Source: a virus
DNA length: 64,000 nucleotides
Virus record (IMG/VR): IMGVR_UViG_3300027741_000022
Coordinates: 123,645-187,644 of that record
Strand: one strand, 5' to 3'
In this document: positions 53,552-61,650 of the stretch, piece after piece
How positions within the stretch are numbered: the stretch's first letter is position 1
How the letters are laid out: each line of letters begins with the position of its first letter
Position numbers and translations under genes: made by a program
Notes under the pieces: generated by a model
Database searches by the model: none
Seen by the model: the letters and a program-made list of their open reading frames with translations, nothing else
What the model was told of the DNA's origin: nothing

Positions 53552-56023
53552 ATGAACTTTTACCAATGGCTTTTATTAAACGAAAACGTAGAAACAAACT
53601 TTGATAAGTGGTTAGAGACATTGTTTCAATATACCAAGAAAAATACTGAAGCCGAAAAAGTTTTAATGAAAATCCCAGGAGTTCCCGCAAGATCTGATCT
53701 TATAGGAGTTGACCCTAAAAATTGGGAAGCCGGAGGAAGAGAACAATTAGGTTATATTATTGACATACGGTCTGCCGTGATCATAAAAACAGTATTAAAA
53801 GAAAAAAATATTGAAAACTTTAATTGGTTTAGTTTTAGTATAGGTTACTACTCAGCTAAACCAGGTTTTTTCAAAGAAGATCTTGAATTAGCTATAGATG
53901 TAACAAAACAAAGAATAGACAGCAGAGAACTTCCTAAAACAGAAATTGGAGCCAAAGGGTGGCTAATAATAGGTTATGAGTCAAAGGACAAAGTTCAAGA
54001 ATATTTACAAAGCCACCAACAAGTTAGCAACCGCCAGATGGAGAAAATGAAAAAAAGTGGAATGTCTTTGGGAGAAAACGAAAATCTTATTAAATTGGCA
54101 GTCAATGAAGGTAACATAAAAATATATCACCTGCCCGCATTAATATCAGGAGGCTTCAAATTCCTGCCAGCTAATCAAGTCAAAGAAATCAAAGAAAGAC
54201 ATTTATTATTGTGCAAATATGGAAAAGGAACTGATTGGTGTACTGCACAACCTAGTTGGGATGCTCACACCGGCTATATTGGCGATACTATTTATATTGT
54301 TCATATAGGTGACAAGCCAGCTTATCAATTTGTAAGTTGTACAGATGGTCGTCACCAACAATTTATGGATACTCAGGATCAAAGCGTGAGAAAATTAAAC
54401 GGTGAAGTTTACGATGCGTTGGTAGCCAATTTAAACGATCAATTTAAATGCTATCAAATAAGAAGAAAAACAGGCTTAAAAGACTTATTGGAGCTAGATA
54501 GCAAAAAGAGAGAAGCAATTTATAACAATCTGAGTGAAGACGATTTTTTTGAATTAATTAGATTAGCAAACACGGAGCAAAAAAACAAAATATTAAAAGA
54601 TGATAAATTGAATTATTTGAAATTTACAAACTTCTCTAATAAGTTGAATGAAATTTTAACCATCACAAGAATAACAAATCTAAGTGAATTTGTGAGAAAT
54701 TTGTCAATACAATCTTTTACACCAAACCGTAATGTAGGAAACATGCCTACAATAAATCTTTCTGAGGATGAGGCTGAAAACTTTATAAACAATAATGTAA
54801 GTTTAATTGTTTGGAAATATTATCGTGAACTACGTTCGTGGTACGCTGATGGAAAAACGGGAGTAGGGAACAATTTGCTTCAAATTTTTGGAAAAGAAAA
54901 TGTTGAAAAAGAATATCCGGCATTAAAAATTATCAGACCAGAAGATTATTTTAAAGATACCTGGCACGCAGATGAAACTGGTAAAAAACCCAGAGTTAAT
55001 GATAGTACAGAAGGAAATGCGCCATCGATTGAAAGAATTTTAAGCTCTCGTGCTTTGTATGATGGTGATAAGACAATATCAAGAATAGAAGCAATGGAAA
55101 AAGTAGGTGTCGAGAATTTAAACTTCCAAAACACTCAAACATCTTTTATGCGTCGTATTTTGTTTGAGGGCAAAGACTTTGATAAAATTTTAAACTATTT
55201 CAAAGAAAAAAATCTCATCAAAAAAGTAGAAGAGTTTGTTGCAAATATGAATGAAATTGATATAAATCACATAACAGAGCGTTATTTTGAAGATGGATTG
55301 ACTGCTACAAACTTAAATGAATTTAGAAAACAAGATTTTTACAAAGTTTTAAAGTATTTACATGAAACAGGTAATGGTTTGGGTAATCTCATGAATAGAA
55401 GGGGAATCGATGGCATAATTAATGATTACGATAACTATAGCCGCTATCCAGAGACATCTGATGGTGTTCTTGAACAAGGTATTTTTGAAATTGTAGGAGA
55501 GGAAAACTTCAAAATTAGTTGGATCAATGACTTTAAAATTGCCAAAAAACTAATTTTCAACAATAAAACAGACTCAAAACTATTTAATTTTATAAAAAAC
55601 AAAGAAACTGTGGCAAAAGATCCAAGAAACAATAGTTATCATAAAGATAATTGGGAATGGCTTTTTGATGATGTCCCAGAAGGAGACACACACACCTTAG
55701 AGCTGCTAGACTTTGTGATTGAAAAAATGCCGGACAATGATAATTTGACAAAGGCTTTCTTAATTCATGGAAATTTAGACAAACGACTCATTGATAAGCA
55801 TGAAGACTTTACAAAAAGAATACTAGAAAAGTATGGAAAAGGTGTTGGAGAAGTAGATGCGAATGGAGTTTTTATATACAAACCCGAAACTAAATATGCC
55901 ACCTTTGTGATCGATCAAGAAAATATAAAGTATGCTTGGAAAAAATATCTGGGTATAACAATAAAAGATTTTAAAGATAAACAAGACAAATCAACTGAAG
56001 ATTTTGACCCAAATATATTATAA
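53552..56023 (+). CDS. putative head-packaged protein, group A paralog (long)
   Basis: Start moved to MNFYQWLLLNE; LCKYGKGTDWCTAQPSW...YQFVSC...QFMD. Confidence 0.8.
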   Translation: MNFYQWLLLNENVETNFDKWLETLFQYTKKNTEAEKVLMKIPGVPARSDLIGVDPKNWEAGGREQLGYIIDIRSAVIIKTVLKEKNIENFNWFSFSIGYYSAKPGFFKEDLELAIDVTKQRIDSRELPKTEIGAKGWLIIGYESKDKVQEYLQSHQQVSNRQMEKMKKSGMSLGENENLIKLAVNEGNIKIYHLPALISGGFKFLPANQVKEIKERHLLLCKYGKGTDWCTAQPSWDAHTGYIGDTIYIVHIGDKPAYQFVSCTDGRHQQFMDTQDQSVRKLNGEVYDALVANLNDQFKCYQIRRKTGLKDLLELDSKKREAIYNNLSEDDFFELIRLANTEQKNKILKDDKLNYLKFTNFSNKLNEILTITRITNLSEFVRNLSIQSFTPNRNVGNMPTINLSEDEAENFINNNVSLIVWKYYRELRSWYADGKTGVGNNLLQIFGKENVEKEYPALKIIRPEDYFKDTWHADETGKKPRVNDSTEGNAPSIERILSSRALYDGDKTISRIEAMEKVGVENLNFQNTQTSFMRRILFEGKDFDKILNYFKEKNLIKKVEEFVANMNEIDINHITERYFEDGLTATNLNEFRKQDFYKVLKYLHETGNGLGNLMNRRGIDGIINDYDNYSRYPETSDGVLEQGIFEIVGEENFKISWINDFKIAKKLIFNNKTDSKLFNFIKNKETVAKDPRNNSYHKDNWEWLFDDVPEGDTHTLELLDFVIEKMPDNDNLTKAFLIHGNLDKRLIDKHEDFTKRILEKYGKGVGEVDANGVFIYKPETKYATFVIDQENIKYAWKKYLGITIKDFKDKQDKSTEDFDPNIL

Positions 56024-56026
56024 ATA
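56019..56026 (+). promoter_or_regulatory. T4-like late promoter TATAAATA
   Basis: 5 nt before ATG 56032. Confidence 0.65.
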
Positions 56027-56031
56027 ATGCC

Positions 56032-57420
56032 ATGAACTTCTACCAACTCTACAATTTAATCAATGAATACGGACAGAGTTTAATACAAACTCTAATAGAA
56101 AAGTTCCAAAAAGAAGAACCAGCTTTAACTCCAATCATAATAAAAGATTATATTGATAGATTCGAAAGAATAAAGAACAACTTACCAGAAAAAGACATTA
56201 CCAAGTATAGTTGGAAAGATCTTGAAATCGCAGTAGACAGTTATCAACCAAAACAAAGAATAAAAGCAGGCATCATAGATCCAACTGTTACCGATGCTAA
56301 TTTATTGTATAACAGAGATGGAGTGAGAATATATCTTGGGCTGGACAAAAAAAGCTGCATAAAATACGGAAATGGATACTCTTTCTGCATAAGCTCCAGA
56401 GGTCATAACAACATGTATTCTCACTATCGGGTGAAAAAAAGAGGAACTCCATATTTTATATTTAATGATAATCTGCCAAAAACAAAAGAAAACCCAAATC
56501 ATGTTTTAGTATTATTTGTTTATGATATTCCACCTGATAGTTCATATATGACAAGAAACGAAAGCTCAAGATACACAATCACCAATGCGCTAAACAAAGG
56601 TGAAAAGTATTATAACGCTATAAATTATGTGGTTCGTGATTATCCTTGGCTAAAACCTATAACAAACTTTGTAGATGATGAAAACAAGGGAACTGTGGAC
56701 ATTGATCCTTTGGAAATGATAGAAAATCTTCTTTCTCACGAATTATCTGAAATGAAAGATTATGGTTTTTATCTTAGTGTCAATGCTGGTGGTCATATTG
56801 AAAATATTTTAAAGGAATTGTTTACAAACAGTAGTCCTCAAGAATATAAAGATTTTTTAGATAACAAAAGCGATGTTGCTTTCGTTAGTGTATTTAGCTC
56901 AGGTTATGGTTGGTATGACGATGCAGAAGATGATTTCATGTTATTTTACAAGAGCGCAGATGATATTTTAAAAGAACTCAAAGAAAGATCAACAAAATAT
57001 GTAGGAGAAGATTTTGAAATTGAAGGTTCTTACGAAAAAGTGAAGGAAGACATAATAAATTCATTAAAATTTAAGTTTAGCAATCCCGCCGATGCTTTAA
57101 AAAGACTAGACAATTTTGTTGTTGGAGAAGATGGTGTTTTTGGGGTTTTTGGGAAAAGCAGTTATCGGGACAGTTATTTTGTTAAAATATCTTCTCCAAG
57201 AGAATTTGTAGCCAATATTGTTGATAAAAACAAAGATGAATTAAACAAATTTAATGAATATAAACTCAAATACAATAAAGTTATCAGCTGGATTAAGAGC
57301 CAAAGTAAAGAAAAATTAAAAGAGATAGTGGATACTTATAATTCTGAGAGAACTCGCGAGCCTGGGTTTGCAAAAATAACAGCCGTTATTGATCTAATTA
57401 TTAGTTTTATGAATAAATAA
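56032..57420 (+). CDS. putative head-packaged protein, group B paralog 1
   Basis: MNFYQLYNLINEYGQSLI; KDITKYSWKDLE; YGNGYSFCIS. Confidence 0.8.
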   Translation: MNFYQLYNLINEYGQSLIQTLIEKFQKEEPALTPIIIKDYIDRFERIKNNLPEKDITKYSWKDLEIAVDSYQPKQRIKAGIIDPTVTDANLLYNRDGVRIYLGLDKKSCIKYGNGYSFCISSRGHNNMYSHYRVKKRGTPYFIFNDNLPKTKENPNHVLVLFVYDIPPDSSYMTRNESSRYTITNALNKGEKYYNAINYVVRDYPWLKPITNFVDDENKGTVDIDPLEMIENLLSHELSEMKDYGFYLSVNAGGHIENILKELFTNSSPQEYKDFLDNKSDVAFVSVFSSGYGWYDDAEDDFMLFYKSADDILKELKERSTKYVGEDFEIEGSYEKVKEDIINSLKFKFSNPADALKRLDNFVVGEDGVFGVFGKSSYRDSYFVKISSPREFVANIVDKNKDELNKFNEYKLKYNKVISWIKSQSKEKLKEIVDTYNSERTREPGFAKITAVIDLIISFMNK

Positions 57421-57423
57421 ACT

Positions 57424-58848
57424 ATGAACTTCTACCAATTATACAATTTAATCAACGAATATGGACAAAGTTTAATAGAAACTTTAATAGAGAAATTTCA
57501 GCAGGAAGTTCCAACACTAACTCCCACCATAATAAGAAACTACATTGATCGTTTTGATAGAATAAAGAACAATCTAACAGAAAAAGATATTACCAAATAC
57601 AGTTGGAAAGAGCTAGAAAATACAGTAGACGGTTATCAAACAAAAGACAGAATAAAAGCCGGTAAACTGGATCCAACCGTCAGTGATGCTAATTTATTGT
57701 ATAATCAAGACGGAACAAGAATTTACCTTGGTAAAGACAAAAAAAGCTGCATAAAATACGGAAACGGTTACACTTTTTGCATAAGTGCAAGAGGTGAAAA
57801 TAATATGTATGCACAGTATCGTATAAGAGACAAAGGAACTCCTTATTTTATATTTAACGATAAATTGCCAACAGAGGATAATCGGCATTTAATGGTGTTA
57901 TTTGTGTATCAGCATGGAACTGTACAATACGCAAAAAGATATTCTGTAACATTAGCTACTAATCAACCAGAAGATGAAAAAGAATACGGAACTTTAGCCG
58001 AAATAACAAATCTTTATCCTTGGACAAAACCACTAGAAAACTTTATAGATGATAAAACTAAAGGAACTGTGGATGTTGAACCAATTGAAATACTGGAAGA
58101 TTGGCTAACAGAAAGCTTTAATCACAAAAATTTTAAGTTAAGATTTAGTTTAAAAACCAAAGAAGATTTTGTTCTTCTTGATATTTTAAGCAAAGATGGT
58201 TTTCTAAAAAAATACGAGAAATTGAAAGATATTCTGAGTGATGAGAAAAAGAATTTAATTTATATGAGCATTACCAGAGGGTTTACAGATAAGCATAGGT
58301 ATCGATCTAGTGTGAATACTAATAAATTCGATGAGTATGAAACTTTAGAAAAATTAAAAGATGATATAATAAAAACAACAGAATTGATGAACAAAACAGT
58401 TGTTGAAGAAGGTGGCTATGAATATAAAGATAAAAAGGGCTTAGAAGAATATATTAGAACAAGTGCGGAAATTGAAGGCGTTTTCAATTCTTCTGTTAAT
58501 GATTTTAGTTTATTAAGATATCCAGAAGAAGCTTATGTTATGGGTAGCTCTCCCAGCAAGCGCAAAGATACTTTTGTCATAAGACTGTATGGCAAATATT
58601 ACATTCAACAAATTTTGAAAGAATCACTAGTGATAGAACCACTAGCCGCTTTAAATAAAGAATATTATTCAAATTTGAATTGGTTGAAACAAAGAACACC
58701 AGAAGAAACTAAGACTATGTTGGACGAAATCAACGAACTAAACGCAAAGGCTGATGCTGCTCACAATATTCATCTTTCAAATACAACAGAATTTAGAGGT
58801 TGGAAAATATTTGATGATGCTTTTAATAGCTTTAAGAAACTGTTTTAA
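57424..58848 (+). CDS. putative head-packaged protein, group B paralog 2
   Basis: Same N-terminal ~200 aa as paralog 1; divergent C-terminus; AATAAATA upstream. Confidence 0.8.
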   Translation: MNFYQLYNLINEYGQSLIETLIEKFQQEVPTLTPTIIRNYIDRFDRIKNNLTEKDITKYSWKELENTVDGYQTKDRIKAGKLDPTVSDANLLYNQDGTRIYLGKDKKSCIKYGNGYTFCISARGENNMYAQYRIRDKGTPYFIFNDKLPTEDNRHLMVLFVYQHGTVQYAKRYSVTLATNQPEDEKEYGTLAEITNLYPWTKPLENFIDDKTKGTVDVEPIEILEDWLTESFNHKNFKLRFSLKTKEDFVLLDILSKDGFLKKYEKLKDILSDEKKNLIYMSITRGFTDKHRYRSSVNTNKFDEYETLEKLKDDIIKTTELMNKTVVEEGGYEYKDKKGLEEYIRTSAEIEGVFNSSVNDFSLLRYPEEAYVMGSSPSKRKDTFVIRLYGKYYIQQILKESLVIEPLAALNKEYYSNLNWLKQRTPEETKTMLDEINELNAKADAAHNIHLSNTTEFRGWKIFDDAFNSFKKLF

Positions 58849-59015
58849 CTCTTGATAAGCTTGATAATATTTCGTGCTAAGCTGGCACCGCCTATAATTC
58901 GACCGTCTGTGTAGTCATCATAACCAAAGCCGCCTTTTTTGTTTTTCAGTGTCTGTTTATTTATTGCAGCTTCACATAGCTTGATTATCTCAGATAGTTT
59001 ATCTGGTTTGTTCAT
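58845..59015 (-). CDS. small hypothetical protein
   Basis: Fills the gap between paralogs; MNKPDK...YDDYTDGRIIGGASLAR; start uncertain. Confidence 0.5.
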   Translation of the reverse strand: MNKPDKLSEIIKLCEAAINKQTLKNKKGGFGYDDYTDGRIIGGASLARNIIKLIKS

Positions 59016-59068
59016 AAAATATAAACCGAACAAATATATTGTTGTTAACAGAATTATCCAAGCGTTTG

Positions 59069-59076
59069 TATAAATA
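59069..59076 (+). promoter_or_regulatory. T4-like late promoter TATAAATA
   Basis: 5 nt before ATG 59082. Confidence 0.65.
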
Positions 59077-59081
59077 AAACT

Positions 59082-60506
59082 ATGAACTTCTACCAACTCT
59101 ACAATTTACTTAACGAATACGGACAAAGTTTAATACAAACTTTAACCCAAAAGTTCCAAAAAGAAGTTCCAACACTAACTCCAACTATAATAAGAAACTA
59201 CATAGACCGTTTTGAAAGAATAAAGAATAACTTATCGGAAAAAGACATTACTAAATATAGTTGGAAAGATCTTGAAAATGCAGTAGACAGTTATCAACCA
59301 AAACAAAAGATAAAAGCAGGAATATTAGATCCCACAGTAACTGATGCTAATTTATTATACAACCAGAATAATGTGCGAATATATCTGGGTAAAGACAAAA
59401 AAAGCTGCATAAGATACGGAAATGGATACAGTTTCTGCATAAGCGCCAGAGGTGAAGATAATATGTATGGGCATTATAGAATAGCAAACAAAGGAACTCC
59501 ATACTTCGTATTTAATGATAACTTATCAAAAGATGACCCAGATCACGTTTTAGTGTTGTTTGTATACAATAAATACACTCTAAAATATATTATGCCGCGA
59601 TACACAATTACAAACGCACTAAACAAAGGTGAAAAGCCTTATGAAAATATATATCATATAATTAGTGAATATCCTTGGCTAAAGCCTATAACAAACTTTG
59701 TAGACGATGTAAACAAAGGAGACGTAAAGGCGGAACCATTAGAAGAAATAGAACATCGGCTTAAAAAAGAATGGTCAGCACTCAACTCGTTTGTTTTGAA
59801 TATGGGAGATGAATTTAACAATTTGGCAAAGAAAGGATTGTTACGGAGTTGGGGTGTGATAGATTTATTTGAAGAAAGTTCTGTTCAAGAAACGAAAGAC
59901 TTTTTAAACAATGATTCTGAAATCGCCAGTGTTTTTATGCGGTATGATGGTTATTCTCAGCTTCTTCCAAATAAGCATTTTTATACATTTTACAAAAACA
60001 ACACTGATGATATTTTGAAACAAATAAAAATCCACGCAAGTGAAGCTTTAGAAGAAGATTTTAAATATGAAAAATCTGATTCTGAACTTCAAGAAAAAAT
60101 AGCAAAAGCTTTAAAGTTTAAATTTAAAACAGCAGAGGGCTATTTTAATAATTATACAGGCGAAGGTGATGCGAACAAATATGATGATGGAGAAGCTGCC
60201 AATGTTAAATTTGAAATAGAAAGTAAATATCGCGAGTACTTTTTCGCTAAAGTTGTTAATATATCAAACTTTGTTCGCACAGATGAAAACTTAAAGAAAA
60301 TAGAAAACTTATCTAAATTTAAAATCAAACAAAACAAAATCTTGAATTGGCTAAAGATTCAAAGCAAAGAAACACTAGAGCGGATATTGCTTTATCGTTA
60401 TGAGCAAGAACGGTCTGGTGATGATGGATTTAGTGTGCCAATGGAATTAAAAATGACAACTAATCTGACTGACTTTATAGTGAAGTTTATGGAGATGTAT
60501 CCTTGA
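59082..60506 (+). CDS. putative head-packaged protein, group B paralog 3
   Basis: Same conserved N-terminal half; divergent C-terminus. Confidence 0.8.
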   Translation: MNFYQLYNLLNEYGQSLIQTLTQKFQKEVPTLTPTIIRNYIDRFERIKNNLSEKDITKYSWKDLENAVDSYQPKQKIKAGILDPTVTDANLLYNQNNVRIYLGKDKKSCIRYGNGYSFCISARGEDNMYGHYRIANKGTPYFVFNDNLSKDDPDHVLVLFVYNKYTLKYIMPRYTITNALNKGEKPYENIYHIISEYPWLKPITNFVDDVNKGDVKAEPLEEIEHRLKKEWSALNSFVLNMGDEFNNLAKKGLLRSWGVIDLFEESSVQETKDFLNNDSEIASVFMRYDGYSQLLPNKHFYTFYKNNTDDILKQIKIHASEALEEDFKYEKSDSELQEKIAKALKFKFKTAEGYFNNYTGEGDANKYDDGEAANVKFEIESKYREYFFAKVVNISNFVRTDENLKKIENLSKFKIKQNKILNWLKIQSKETLERILLYRYEQERSGDDGFSVPMELKMTTNLTDFIVKFMEMYP

Positions 60507-61016
60507 TGTTGGTTTGTGGGTTACTTGCCCAATAGAATATTAAAAGATGATTCTAGGTGGGTTCTAGACCCAATTTGAGGCAAAACACCATGTTCGTTAA
60601 AAGTGCCTGGATTTGTAGGGATTCGAAAGAAAAGTAAAATAAACAGAAAGTTAACAGAAAAGTTGGCTCTCGCCCGTCCTTTTAACCGCCTTTAAATCTA
60701 CATGGGTAGTTTCTCAGGGCTTTTTACATTTAATTAATACCAAACCTCACATTTTATTTAACTGCCCTTAAAACGCTCATTAGAGCCTTATACGGCATTT
60801 TACGATTAGCTAATTATTAATTCCGCTGATTATTAACAAAACCCCTCATAATCAGCTTACAAGCCCCTTAGAAATAAATTACAAACGTCTTGTGACCCCG
60901 GAGCGATGAACACAAGTATAGCTGTTTTTTGCAATTATTATTTTTCTATGAACATACGGTTTCACTGCAGATTGTCCCGGGTAATGTGTGCTTGGCACGG
61001 TACAATCATATTTCAC

Positions 61017-61328
61017 TCATATTGTTGATCCGCTTGCTACACACTCAATTGATCCGCCAATATATCCTGGTGGTCGGCTTGCATCTATCCAAGCTTGAGC
61101 TTCGCCTGATGTTGCATATCCACCAGATACAATACTTACAGCCCAATATTTAGCAGGACTACCATCTGTTCTAATTACAATTGGTAATGTGGGTACAGTG
61201 GTAAAATAAACAACCTCATAATTGGATCCCGCTACTACCCTATTATTAATTGATGTTCGTGCACTACAAACAACATAATAATCCAATCCGCTCTTACTCT
61301 GAACATTACTGTAAATTATTTCTTCCAT
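61017..61328 (-). CDS. IIYSN-leader protein 8 (Cys-poor cargo)
   Basis: MEEIIYSNVQSK; start moved to ATG 61328. Confidence 0.75.
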   Translation of the reverse strand: MEEIIYSNVQSKSGLDYYVVCSARTSINNRVVAGSNYEVVYFTTVPTLPIVIRTDGSPAKYWAVSIVSGGYATSGEAQAWIDASRPPGYIGGSIECVASGSTI

Positions 61329-61510
61329 GCTTTTATCTATACTTCTTCTCGCAAAAACCTGAGAGCCCCTACCCAAATCTGGTAGGGCAATGCAAAAATT
61401 GTATCTTAAAAATAAAGATACATCATCTGATTTCTGGGCTCTTGACCAACTGTGTCAAAGGCATCATTCAAAATTGTATTTTAAAGATAAAGAAACAAGT
61501 TTGTCGTTAT

Positions 61511-61632
61511 TGGGCGGAGCTGACGTGCCCTAACCGGCTTATCGTTTAGGGCGGAGTTTTATGATGTCTGACGTGCCCTAACCGGCTTATCGTTAGGGCG
61601 GAGTTATGTCTGACGTGCCCTAACCGGCTTAT
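61511..61632 (+). repeat. three tandem GC-rich hairpin repeats
   Basis: ctgacgtgccctaaccggcttat at 61520, 61568 and 61610; GCCCTAAC/GTTAGGGC stem. Confidence 0.85.
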
Positions 61633-61650
61633 AAAAAGAACAACCTGCAC

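Noticed and set aside
46622-60506. Diversity-generating retroelement acting on the variable cargos or C-termini
   Set aside because: No reverse transcriptase in the window, and no template/variable repeat pair differing only at adenines was seen.
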